In this document: positions 1-9,176 of the stretch, piece by piece
Layout of the letters: each line of letters starts with the position of its first letter
Position numbering within the stretch: the first letter of the stretch is position 1
Assembly (NCBI GenBank): GCA_044229145.1
Contig: JBGATO010000071.1
Location: 1-21,166, forward strand
Length of the DNA: 21,166 nt
DNA from: Candidatus Eiseniibacteriota bacterium
GTDB lineage: Bacteria; Eisenbacteria; RBG-16-71-46; CAZEPH01
Reading direction: 5' to 3'
The notes under the pieces: generated by a model
The model's input: the letters and a program-made list of their open reading frames with translations, nothing else
Database searches by the model: none
What the model was told of the DNA's origin: nothing
Translations under genes and position numbers: made by a program

Positions 1-905
1 CCGCCAAGCCGCCTGCGCCACTGAGGAGGAGCGTCATCGGGTCGGCCAACCGCGCCGGTCGGCGGGTTCTCGAGGAATTGCCCGGCACGCGGCACATGGC
101 GCAGAATGTTCTCAATGCCCGCCCACCTTGCGCCTCACGACCCTTGAAGAACACGCCCAACGCCTCGCGGCGCTTCTCCAGCGCGTTCACAAATTGCGCC
201 GGGCTGAGGAAGTCGCCGGTCTTCGCCCCGGCAACGCCTCCCGCCGGGTCGCTGTTTCCATGGCCTCGCCGAGCGCGTCGTCGATCAACCTCGGAGCGCA
301 CCGCCGCGCGCCCTGCTGGTCGAGGCGGTCGTACAGGAATTCGTGCGTCGCCCTTGCTCGCGCTGGCGGACGAAGGTCTGGAACGCGGCGGTGAGCACGC
401 CGCGCAGGATAACGGGACCGTGCTGCTTGTAGAAGCGGCTCTTCTTTCCCAGGCGTCAAATACATCACTAGCACCGGAGTGTCCGAGTCCCTGGCCCGTG
501 GATGTTGACGGTCAATGACCATCACCTCTTTGTGCCCGTATCGTGTAGTCCAAGACGACGCCATCGTGCCCGTTGTCGCGCAGCGCACGAGTGAGGGCGT
601 CGCCACTAAGCCCACTAGTGCCCAGCGCATCGTTGACAAGAACCGACTTATTGTTGCCCCATTTCGGATCGAGACGACCAGAGGGTTATCTAGGCGAACC
701 GTCGCGCCAAGCGTTCCTTTTTGGAGAGCGCATCAATGTTGGGATCGGTGCTGAAATATGCGCCCTTTCCCAGGCTCCTTCATCGCCCCATTTTCGACGG
801 GTCGAAACTCTTAAATGGGGTCGTCGTTGCGTGGTAGACTCGATAAAGTGGCGGCTTTGCGGCATCGGTCAATTTGGCCCGCGCCGCAGCGTCCATGTCG
901 GCGCG
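1..905 (-). repeat. Diverged tandem copy of 907-1447 (part of the ejection-protein gene) with an internal insertion
   Basis: 1-~455 aligns to 907-~1400 (ccgccaagccgcctgcgccactgag...). 889-905 (gcgtccatgtcggcgcg) is identical to 1431-1447. Differences include synonymous changes and many indels. Confidence 0.9.
490..870 (-). pseudogene. Frameshifted ADP-ribosyltransferase-like domain (ART-PolyVal-like), inserted in the alternative ejection-protein copy
   Basis: Manual minus-strand translation across frame changes gives PLYRVYHATTTPFKSFDPSKMG / LGKGAYFSTDP / ATVRLDNPLVV / GDALTRALRDNGHDGVVL / YGHKEVMVID. This matches the YHGT...FD...GxYF...NPL...GYDGV...EYVVFD motif order of polyvalent-protein ARTs. 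Confidence 0.7.
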
Positions 906-3818
906 CCCGCCAAGCCGCCTGCGCCACTGAGAAGCAGCGTCATCGGGTCGGCCAACCGGGCGCCGGTCGGCGGGTTCTCGAGGAATTGCCCGGCACGCGG
1001 CACATGGCGCAGAATGTTCTCAATGCCCGCCCACTCCTGCGCCTCACGACCCTTGAAGAACACGCCCAACGCCTCGCGGCGCTTCTCCAGCGCGTTCACA
1101 AATTGCGCCGGGCTGAGGAAGTCGCCGGTCTGCCCCGGCAACGCCCCGCCGGGCCGCTGCTTCATGGCCTCGCCGAGCGCGTCGTCGATCAGCCCCGAGC
1201 GCACCGCCGCGCGCCCTGCCGGGTCGAGGCGGTCGTACAGGAATTGTGCGTCGCCCTTGCTCGCGTTGCGGACGAAGGTCTGGAACGCGGCGGTCGGATC
1301 CGTGCCGTCGGCAGGCTTGAGCACGCCGCGCAGGACGGTCGCTTTCAGCGGGACCGCCTGCTGCTTGTAGAAGCGGTCGGCTTTCTTCCAGGAATCGAAC
1401 AGGTCGCCGCGCCCGCTGTTCTTGGCCGCCGCGTCCATGTCGGCGCGGAGCGCCTGCCGGATCTGCTGCAACTGCGCCGCGCCCGGCGTGCCGATGGTCG
1501 CGTTCTGGCCGCCCTGGTATTGCGCGTCGATGATGCGCCCGAGGTCGTCGTCAAGCTGCTGCGCCTGCGCGAAAGTGAACGGCTTGACGGTGGGGGCGAC
1601 TTCTTGCACCTGTGGCACGGACAGCCCAAGCTCGCGCATGCGGATGCCGCGTGGCAGTTTGTCCCACTGCGCCTTGTCGTAGGCGCGTTGCACATCAAGA
1701 GTCGTGGCATAGTCGCGTCCTTCGGAGCGCGCCAAGACTTCGCCGCGCTTCAGCCAGTCGCGGTTGCTGGCATACTGCGATTCGGCGGGCAGGCGGTTGG
1801 TGAGCTTGTCGGCCTCCACCGTGAAGCCTTCCTGCTCGCCCGTGCGCGGGTTCACGCTGCGCACTTCTTCGATGGGGATCTCGTGCGGCTTGGGCGGCGT
1901 TTGGAGTCCGGGCCACTGGAGTTGATCGTCGGTGATCGTGACATACGGACGCGCCGGAGCCTTTTCGACCTGCGTCGTGCCATACTGCTGAATGTCGTCC
2001 AGAATCTTTGAGAGCGCCGGACTTTGCGCCGACTGCAACACGCGCTGCCCTTCGGCGGTCTGGAGATTCTTCACGGCGTCTAGCGTGTTGGTCGGCGCGA
2101 TGGTGATGCCCGATTCTTCGGCCTTGTCCCGCACCGCGCCGTACAACTTCCGCACCGTCGCCTTGACCGCCTGCGCCTTGCGCTGCGCGGACGCGGTGCC
2201 GACGCGGCCCCAGTTCTCGCCGTTCATGGGCGAGCGCAGTGTGCCGGCGGCTTGCTCCACCATCTGCCGCACGCCGCGCTGCTGCTGCTCGCGGAATCCC
2301 TGCAATCCGACACCCGGCACCTTCTCGAGCGCCACATCGCCGCGCTGGAGTTCCTGCGGCCGGAGCGCGCCCATCGTCATGCCCGCTTCGCCCGCCGTCA
2401 TCGGCACGCCCTTGCTCTCCGCGAAGTCGGCGAACGCCGCACCGGCCCGGTTGGCCGCCAGGCGCGCCGCAGATCGCTGCGAGAGCGCCACGGCGGCCTT
2501 ATCGGCGGCGGCGGCAATTGGCGCCACGGCCCCGCCGAACGATGCGCCCACGGCGATCTGGCGGGCCTTCTGCGGCAATGATGCTGTGCCGCTCGGCTGC
2601 ATCGCCGCGAACGCGCCGCCCTCGAGCAACCCGCGTCCCACGGCGGCCACCTTGCCCGCTGCGGGGATGAGGGCGCGTGCACCTTCCCCGACCGGCAGTG
2701 TCAACGGCGCAACGACGCGGGCCACCTTCTGCCCGAGTCCTTCCCCGCCGCTCGCCGCCGCGTAGTCAACATCACGCAGACGCTTCAGCGCTTCCGCGTA
2801 GGCGAGGTCGTTGTCGGACCACGCGCCGACCGCGTGCGCGATCTGGTTCAGATACGCGCGCGCATCCGCGACAGCTGTGTGCGTGTTTCCTCGGGCGAGT
2901 CGAGCACGCCCGGTTGAAGGTGCCCAGATGCGCCGCTCGTTTTCGGTCACGGCCTTGCCGGACATGAGATAGGTGATGACGGCAGACAACTGCGTGCGCG
3001 CGTTGCGGAACTTCTGCGCCTCGGGGTCCGCGAAGCCGCCCGGGACGCGCATCTTCCACCAGTCTGCGCCAGACATCGTGTTCATCGCCGCTTCCATGTC
3101 GTCCATGGCGCGCGTGGCGAGACTGATGTTGCCGCTCTCCAGGATCGCTCGGTGGCCGTCTTGCCGCCCTTGAGCGGCGCGCCGTCCAGGGTGGCGTTCG
3201 TGATGCCGTAGGCGGTGCGTGCGTTCTTGTCCACGAGCACCACGGTCCCGTCCGGTCTCCACGACAACCTGCGTCCTGGCTCCGGCTCGCGCGGCCTGGG
3301 GGTTGGCGGCGCGTGGTAGGTGCCCATGCCCAGCGGCGTCTTGTCCGCCGGGTCGTCGAGATTCACGACCCACTGATTGCCGCGTTCATCCGCGACAATC
3401 TGCGTCCGCTTCGCCTTGGGCGCGTCCGGCAGCTTGAAGTCCGCCTGATACAGCGGCTTGCCGAAGTCGTCCACGAGCGCCCCACCCGCGCCCACCACAT
3501 GCGGCGCGTGGTAGACCGGCGCGTTGGCCTTCGCCCGCTTTAGTCCGCCTCGTCCCGCAGTTGCACGGCGAGATCCGGCCGGCCGCCATACTGCGCCGCC
3601 CACTGTGCCGCCTTGCCATAGTCCACGGTGCCGGTGCGGTGGTCCGTGCCCCAATCGAGGGCGCGGCGCACGAGATCGTCTTCGGCCAGCTTCGCCCGCG
3701 CCGCGTCCTCCTGCCGCCCGAGGTCGCGCAACTGAAAGCCGCGCTGCTGCGCGTCGGCCCAGGACGGCATCTGGAAGGGCCGGACCTGGCCGATAAGGCT
3801 GTAATCGACTGCGCCCAC
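869..3818 (-). CDS. Large phage ejection/DNA-transfer protein (P22 gp20/gp16 position), with apparent frameshifts near 3545 and 3147; may represent two genes
   Basis: Three phage-like ORF pieces join end to end: 3540-3818 (MGAVDYSLIGQVRPFQMP...), the KRAKANAPVYHAP...GGKTATER part of ORF 3082-4455, and ILESGNISL... in ORF 869-3373. Ala/Gly/Gln-rich and helical, directly downstream of the gp7-like genes. The end at 869 lies just past the repeat junction, so it is probably not the true stop. Confidence 0.7.
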
Positions 3819-3830
3819 CGTCTGCCTCCC

Positions 3831-4709
3831 CTAGCGCCGCGCGCCCCAGTAGTCCATCCCCGCGCCGGCCGCGCCGCCGATCCCCTGCTGCCACTGATTC
3901 GACTGCCCGGTCGTCACGCCCGCGTTCACGTTCCCCTGGTCGCCGTACAAGCCCGCCAGGTTGTCTCCATAGCCGCTCAGATAGCCCGCGTTCTGCCCGG
4001 TCGCGTTCAGGCCCAGGTTGGCGAGGCGGTAGTAGTTGTCGAAGTTGCTCTGGTTCTGCTGGAAATCGTTGGCCCACTGCTGCTGCCCGCCCCGGAAGGC
4101 GTTGTCCCACTGCCGCTGATCCTCGCCGGTCGCGTTGCCGAACAGCCGCTGGCGCTCGCCCTGGTAGTAGCTGCGGTCGTTGCCGAAGCGGTTGTAGGCG
4201 TTGCCAAGCGCGGACTGCGCGTTGTTCCAGCCCTGCTGCCCCTGGCCCGCGTTGAAGCCGAGTTGGCCCATGTAGCGGTTGAAGGAGTCGCCCGCTTGCG
4301 TGAACGCAATGCCCTGCGCGCGGTCCTGCAACTCCTTCAGCGCGCCGCCGCTGTTGCTCAGGCCGCGCGCCGCCAACGCGGCATTCGTCGCCCGCGCGGC
4401 TTCCTGCTGCTGGTACTGGTAGCCGGGGTCGTTCTGGATGTCCCCGATGCCCCACTGCGCCTTGTAGTCGCCTGCCGGGTTGTGAATGCCCACGCCGGGG
4501 TCGCTGTTCGGGTTCCAGGGTTCGTAGCCCCCGCTGACGCCCAAGCCCTGCGACCAGTCCTGCGAGCCCAGACCGCCGCCTGTGCCGGGCTGCGGCAGAC
4601 CTACCGGCACCGTGCCGATACCGCCGCCACTCTGCATCCGGCCCAACGACGCCAACGGATACCCGCCCGCTTCCTGGCCGATCCCCACCTGCACGTTCCG
4701 CATCGCCAT
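3831..4709 (-). CDS. DNA transfer/ejection protein, gp7-like
   Basis: Start reassigned to MAMRNVQ at 4709. Contains DPGYQYQQQEAARATNAALAARGLSNSGGALKELQDRAQG and a G/N/Q-rich C-terminus typical of gp7-like pilot proteins. Confidence 0.75.
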   Translation of the reverse strand: MAMRNVQVGIGQEAGGYPLASLGRMQSGGGIGTVPVGLPQPGTGGGLGSQDWSQGLGVSGGYEPWNPNSDPGVGIHNPAGDYKAQWGIGDIQNDPGYQYQQQEAARATNAALAARGLSNSGGALKELQDRAQGIAFTQAGDSFNRYMGQLGFNAGQGQQGWNNAQSALGNAYNRFGNDRSYYQGERQRLFGNATGEDQRQWDNAFRGGQQQWANDFQQNQSNFDNYYRLANLGLNATGQNAGYLSGYGDNLAGLYGDQGNVNAGVTTGQSNQWQQGIGGAAGAGMDYWGARR

Positions 4710-4710
4710 G

Positions 4711-5406
4711 CTACCGCCCCCTTCCCATGCGTCGGGCATCCGACAACAGCGCCTTCTGGTCGCGCGGGCTGAGCGCATTCCACTGCGCGCTCGTCAGCCC
4801 CATCGCCCGCGCCGTCTGCTCGTTGCGGTAGTCGTGCAAGTCCGCGTCGGTAAATGCCCGCCCCGGATTCGCCGCCAGCCACTGCTCGGCGTAGGCCGTT
4901 TCCTCCGGCCCCTGCAGCCGCAGGTCGCCCTTGCGTCCGCCGGTGAGCTGCATCCGCGCGCCGCTCGTGGCCTGCCCCGGCATCTCGCCGACGCCGTAAC
5001 TGCCCAAGCCGCTCTGCGCCTGCCGTGTCGCCTGTTCCATCGCGGACCAGTCGGGCGCCGCGGCGCCGCTCCCGAGCGCGGCCAGCGGGTAGCCGCCTCC
5101 CTGCGGTCCCTGGTACGTCGGCCCATAGGCGGGAGACGACGCCAGAAACGACCGGCCCTGCGGCGGCTGCATCTGCCCGGCGCGCTGTCCGGCGAGAGCG
5201 CCCAGCGACATCAGCGAGCCGTAGCCCACCTGCTGGTACGGCGCGTACTGCGCGGCAATCCCCGCTTGCACCGCCTGCCGCACGCGCATCTGGTTGGCCA
5301 GCGCGTCGGTCAACTGATCGCCTGCGCGGCGCTGCGCCTGCGCGCCCAGCGCTGCGCCTGCCACATCGCCCAGCCCTTGCAGGGCGTAGCCGTACGGACT
5401 CGGCAT
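4711..5406 (-). CDS. Putative DNA transfer/ejection protein (gp7-like N-terminal type)
   Basis: GGAGGA RBS precedes the ATG at 5406 (MPSPYGY...). GAALGAQAQRRA...APYQQVGYGSLMSLGALAG resembles the N-terminal part of gp7-like proteins. Confidence 0.65.
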   Translation of the reverse strand: MPSPYGYALQGLGDVAGAALGAQAQRRAGDQLTDALANQMRVRQAVQAGIAAQYAPYQQVGYGSLMSLGALAGQRAGQMQPPQGRSFLASSPAYGPTYQGPQGGGYPLAALGSGAAAPDWSAMEQATRQAQSGLGSYGVGEMPGQATSGARMQLTGGRKGDLRLQGPEETAYAEQWLAANPGRAFTDADLHDYRNEQTARAMGLTSAQWNALSPRDQKALLSDARRMGRGR

Positions 5407-5408
5407 CG

Positions 5409-6008
5409 CTATTCCTCCGTCCACTGAAAACCGCCGCCCACCACCACGACCGACGAGGCCGCATCCGTGTCCAGCGTGAGCATGATCCCCTCGAGCGTCG
5501 CGGGCCGCAGGATCAGCGGCTTCGCCACCGAGGGGCGGTACTCATACAGCACGGTGCCCGCGCCCCAGCCGGGCGCCGCCCCCGACGCACCTGTGGTGAA
5601 CGCGGCGTTCCGCCAGTAGTACGCCACGTCCGCGCACGTGGACGCGAACGTCGGCGACGCGCTCCCGCTCCACGGGTCCGTGTTGTTCGTCTGGAACACG
5701 GTGTAGGTGTCCACCGTGTCAGTCGGATCGGCAGGCGCAGGAGTGATCGCGGTGCCGCCGGCGGGCGCGGTGGTGTTCCAGCGCTTCAGCGACGCCGTGA
5801 AGTTGCCCAACGTCGCCACGCTCTTGATGGTCATCCACACTTTCCACAGGCGGATGCGCTTGGTGCTGCTTGCCGTGTGCCACAACGACGCATAGCCCAT
5901 CGACGTCCCGGACACGACGGTGTTCGAAATGTTGCTGAACGTCGCGGCGAACGTCGGCAGGCACGCCGACTCCTCGTACACACTGACCTGCCCGGCCCCG
6001 TTGTACAT
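5409..6008 (-). CDS. Hypothetical beta-rich virion/tail protein (~199 aa)
   Basis: Start reassigned to MYNGAG at 6008, just after the upstream stop. Thr/Ser/Ala-rich, ends PLILRP...EG...FQWTEE, and lies within the tail module. Confidence 0.7.
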   Translation of the reverse strand: MYNGAGQVSVYEESACLPTFAATFSNISNTVVSGTSMGYASLWHTASSTKRIRLWKVWMTIKSVATLGNFTASLKRWNTTAPAGGTAITPAPADPTDTVDTYTVFQTNNTDPWSGSASPTFASTCADVAYYWRNAAFTTGASGAAPGWGAGTVLYEYRPSVAKPLILRPATLEGIMLTLDTDAASSVVVVGGGFQWTEE

Positions 6009-6010
6009 GG

Positions 6011-6209
6011 CTAGCCGAACGCCGTGCCGGACACGCCGCAGTTCATCTTGTCCGACGTGTCCGCTGTCAGCGCGAGAACCGATCCCGGCCCGAGCACCAT
6101 GTTCACCAGCTCGGGGCACCCGTCGGCCGAGCCTGGCTGCACGGTGCGCGCCTTGATCACCAGGTTGCTGTTGTCGCCACTGCCCCCGCTCGGGGACCGT
6201 GACCGCCAT
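6011..6209 (-). pseudogene. Small tail-associated protein with a frameshift or deletion near the N-terminus
   Basis: Strong RBS TAAGGAGG before the ATG at 6209 (MAVTV). The protein-like sequence PSGGSGDNSNLVIKARTVQPGSADGCPELVNMVLGPG...SGTAFG* continues in another frame after a CCCC run. Confidence 0.65.
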
Positions 6210-6218
6210 GCTGCCTCC

Positions 6219-6440
6219 TTACAGGACAAACGGCACGGAGACGGACCCCACGCTGGCCAGCGTGGCCGCCTCCTGCACCGCCTGCACATCCGCCCCTGTC
6301 GCGGCCCCTGCTTCCGCCGCCACTTGTAGCTCGCGCACCGCGCCTACGAGGCCCGCCAGCCAGGCTTGCGCCGCCACCGTCAAGCGGCCCTGCGCATCCA
6401 CCCACGGGTTTCCCGCGCGATAGCCGGGCACTTCGATCAT
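6219..6440 (-). CDS. Small hypothetical tail protein (73 aa)
   Basis: ATGA overlap with the gp10-like gene. PWVDAQGRLTVAAQAWLAGL resembles the N-terminal motif of proteins that follow gp10 in this phage type. Confidence 0.7.
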   Translation of the reverse strand: MIEVPGYRAGNPWVDAQGRLTVAAQAWLAGLVGAVRELQVAAEAGAATGADVQAVQEAATLASVGSVSVPFVL

Positions 6441-7927
6441 GACGCCCCCACTTGCGTGCGCAGATCGGTGTCCAGCAGATCCACCAGCACGGTGCTCACC
6501 GTGCTGATCTGCCAGTTCCGTTGCCGCGACATGCCCAGCCGCTGCCAGTTGGCACGGCCCACGCCCCCGCTCACATCCGCATCCTGCGTCTTGGTGGTCT
6601 GCCCGTTGTCATCCGACCACGTGGCCGTCAGCGTCGCGGCGGTCGTCGAGTTCGTGAGCGCTTCGAGCTGATCCCAGCGCGTGCGGTTGAAGCCGGGCGG
6701 AAACTCCGGCCACGCGCGCAGCCGCGTGATCGCCACACTGCTCGCGTCCGTCGGCGTGCCCGCCGTGGCGACGTAGAGCTTGCCGCTGTCGTCCCCGCCC
6801 CAGTAGTGCGAGATCGCCGCGCCGCTCTGGTAGACCGCGTGGCAGCGAAACGGCGCGGGAGACTGCACCGCACTCACCAGCATTGCCTGTTCGTGCCACA
6901 TTCCCGTCGTTTCGTCATAGCAGATCGCCGGACCGTCCGTGCTGCCACTGGTGCCCGCCCACACGATCAGGACGTGGCCGTCCACATCAACCACCTGCGC
7001 CGTCACGGTCGAGGAGCCCATCGTCGGCACGTACACCGCCTGCCAGCCCGCGAGATAGGTCTCGATCAGCGGCGTGCTCAGGCGCTCCGCCTGATAGCCC
7101 ACCGTGCGATAGATCGACGGCTGCCCATTCGGCGTCGCGGCCATCCAGTACACCGCCTGCGTGGTCGCCGCGATGGCATCCTTTCCCACACAACCCACCG
7201 TGATGGGCGCGCCCGGCGTCGGCGCGAAGGGCGTGTTCGCGTCGCCCGTCTGGCTCCACACTTCCAGCGAGCCGGTGCCCGCGAGGTACAGTTGATCGTG
7301 CAGCACTTCCAGCGCCACCAACCCGTCCGGGCACGACTGCGCCGTCGCATAGTTGAGTGCGGGCCAGGTGTACACCGCCGCGCCGGCGGCAATGGTCGGA
7401 TCGGTGTTGTTCGCCGAGTACTGCAACCGCCCTGCGTTGCTCCCCACGGCCGCACACGCCACCAAGTAGCCCCCGAGGTAGCGCACCGCCACCGGGACCG
7501 GCGACAACCCCGGCGCCGTCGCCGTGGTGATGTCCGTCATCGTGCTGCTGCCCGGCGTCAGGTAGCATGCCACGCTGGTGCCGCTCGCCGTCGTCGGCGA
7601 ACAGAGAAAGACGTACGTCCCGTTGTCCGCCATCTGCACATGGCCCGACGACGTGGTGAGCGTCAACGACAGCGCCGCCGCGAAACTGTTCGACGCGCGA
7701 AACACGCGCGTGCCGTTCACCGCGAACAGGTCATTCCCCGTCGCCGTCGCCGCCAGCCCGCGAATCGTGCTGCCACCCGTCGATAGCGTGACCGCCGTCG
7801 GCATCCCGCGCCGGGTGCGGAAGAGCACGCCGCCGCCCGCCTTCTCGGGAATCCAGTTCAGGCAGCGGTCCGCGCTGCGCGTCGTCGTGCGCGCGGTGTA
7901 GGGCGGCTGGGTCGCGTTCGTGGGCAT
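6437..7927 (-). CDS. Packaged-DNA stabilization/tail hub protein, P22 gp10-like
   Basis: 496 aa with beta-propeller-like composition. Motifs ATAQSCPDGLVA...LYLAGTGSLEVW, CYDETTGMWHE, WSDDNGQT and WQRLGMSRQR. Located after the adaptor gene. Confidence 0.85.
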   Translation of the reverse strand: MPTNATQPPYTARTTTRSADRCLNWIPEKAGGGVLFRTRRGMPTAVTLSTGGSTIRGLAATATGNDLFAVNGTRVFRASNSFAAALSLTLTTSSGHVQMADNGTYVFLCSPTTASGTSVACYLTPGSSTMTDITTATAPGLSPVPVAVRYLGGYLVACAAVGSNAGRLQYSANNTDPTIAAGAAVYTWPALNYATAQSCPDGLVALEVLHDQLYLAGTGSLEVWSQTGDANTPFAPTPGAPITVGCVGKDAIAATTQAVYWMAATPNGQPSIYRTVGYQAERLSTPLIETYLAGWQAVYVPTMGSSTVTAQVVDVDGHVLIVWAGTSGSTDGPAICYDETTGMWHEQAMLVSAVQSPAPFRCHAVYQSGAAISHYWGGDDSGKLYVATAGTPTDASSVAITRLRAWPEFPPGFNRTRWDQLEALTNSTTAATLTATWSDDNGQTTKTQDADVSGGVGRANWQRLGMSRQRNWQISTVSTVLVDLLDTDLRTQVGAS

Positions 7928-8113
7928 TTAGCGGCCCTTCTCCGCGCGGCGGAACTCCGCGTCGGCGTCCCGGCGCGCGTCCTTGTAGGAGGTGAACGTC
8001 CCCGCCTGCGCCCGCGCCACGGCCCACTCATTGCGCAGCCACGCACGCGCCGCGCGCCGCGCCAGCATCTGACGCAGGAGCGGGCTGTCCGGCTGGCGCG
8101 CGACTTTAGGCAT
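7928..8113 (-). CDS. Small basic hypothetical protein
   Basis: Exactly fills the gap between the adaptor and gp10-like genes; its stop abuts the next ATG. Confidence 0.55.
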   Translation of the reverse strand: MPKVARQPDSPLLRQMLARRAARAWLRNEWAVARAQAGTFTSYKDARRDADAEFRRAEKGR

Positions 8114-8840
8114 ACGGACTCCCCCAGGGGGCGCCCGTGCGCCAGTTGATCTCCACCGCGTCCGTCGGGAACATGATGTCGCTCGTCAGGAACGGCGGCC
8201 GCAGGTTGCGGGCGCGCAGCCGGGCCTCGCTCTCCTGCGCGATGCGCAGAATGTCCGCCGTCACCGGCTGCCCGTAGGCCGGGCCGAGGCGCAGCGCGAG
8301 GTTGTAGGTGAGGGCTTCTTGGTACGCGGGCGGCAAGTAGATCGTGTCACTCAGCGCGCTCAGGCTCAGGAGCGGCTGCCAGCCGTCCACGTAGAGCGTG
8401 CTGCCGCTGCCGCAGATCGGATAGAAGTAGAGCGACGCCTGCCCCGTCGGCGCGGTGCTGGTGTAGCCCTGGTCGTAGTAGGCGCCGATGGGGAACGTGA
8501 GCGTGAGCGTCTTGAGCACGGCCGCCGCGTACTGCTGCTGCGACCAGATCTCAATCGGGTAGTCCACGCCGCTGATCCGCATGCGGCAGCCGACGATGCG
8601 CTCGAAGCGCGTCGTGCTTGCCGTGCCGCTGGGGCCGAAGGTGTACGGGTTCGCGCCGGTGCTCGTCCACGAGACGGTCTGGATGCAGAAGATTTGCAGC
8701 CCGTCGGCCTGCCACGCATCAATCATCCCCTGCAAGCGCGTGAGGCCATCGTTCAACTGCGCCGTTGAGGGCGTGCCGCCGATCTCGACGACGTTGAACA
8801 GCGTGAGCGCGTCGGTGATGAGCGATTGCGCGGTGGCCAT
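8106..8840 (-). CDS. Head-to-tail adaptor, P22 gp4-like
   Basis: MATAQSLITDALTLFNV...LNDGLTRLQGMIDAW and LPPAYQEALTYNLALRLGPAYG are typical of this adaptor family. GGAG RBS; located after the coat gene. Confidence 0.85.
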   Translation of the reverse strand: MATAQSLITDALTLFNVVEIGGTPSTAQLNDGLTRLQGMIDAWQADGLQIFCIQTVSWTSTGANPYTFGPSGTASTTRFERIVGCRMRISGVDYPIEIWSQQQYAAAVLKTLTLTFPIGAYYDQGYTSTAPTGQASLYFYPICGSGSTLYVDGWQPLLSLSALSDTIYLPPAYQEALTYNLALRLGPAYGQPVTADILRIAQESEARLRARNLRPPFLTSDIMFPTDAVEINWRTGAPWGSPYA

Positions 8841-8846
8841 GCTCGG

Positions 8847-9125
8847 TTACTCCTTCGCCGCTTTCGCGGTCTTCGCGGCCTTCTGAGCCGTGATCTCCTG
8901 CGCGTCCGTCTCGTTCACGCCCGGCGTCGGCACCGGGTCGAACGGCTCGGCCGCTTCCGCCGCCGCCACGGCTGCGCGAATGTCGGCCGGGATCGCCTCA
9001 ATGGGCTGCGCCTGCGCGGTCGTGATTTCGTTCTTCAGGGCCGCCAGTTGCATCTTGTTGTGGACGGTGATGTAGCCACCGCCGCGCATCTGGAAGTACT
9101 GCGGGAAGACGGGTTCTTTCGCCAT
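8847..9125 (-). CDS. Hypothetical protein (92 aa) downstream of the coat gene
   Basis: AGGAGG RBS, clean ORF, Ala/Lys-rich tail. Confidence 0.8.
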   Translation of the reverse strand: MAKEPVFPQYFQMRGGGYITVHNKMQLAALKNEITTAQAQPIEAIPADIRAAVAAAEAAEPFDPVPTPGVNETDAQEITAQKAAKTAKAAKE

Positions 9126-9143
9126 GACGGGTCTGCCTCCTGC

Positions 9144-9176
9144 GCGGGGCGGCGCGCCACTCGGCTGCCGCCCCGC
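9144..9176 (-). promoter_or_regulatory. GC-rich stem-loop after the coat gene (mRNA stabiliser or attenuator)
   Basis: Perfect 10-bp inverted repeat gcggggcggc (9144-9153) / gccgccccgc (9167-9176). No U-tract follows; the next RBS comes immediately after. Confidence 0.55.

Noticed and set aside
455..905. Intein, intron or IS as the explanation for the insertion
   Set aside because: No C/S start with HN-C/S/T end, no terminal inverted repeats or target duplication, and no transposase or homing-endonuclease motifs; the peptide looks ART-like instead.
1..1447. Diversity-generating retroelement TR/VR pair
   Set aside because: Differences between the copies are indels and mixed substitutions rather than adenine-specific, and no reverse transcriptase is present in the window.
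3140..3550. Programmed ribosomal frameshifts in the ejection gene
   Set aside because: No convincing slippery heptamer at either shift, and indel errors elsewhere in the window are a simpler explanation.
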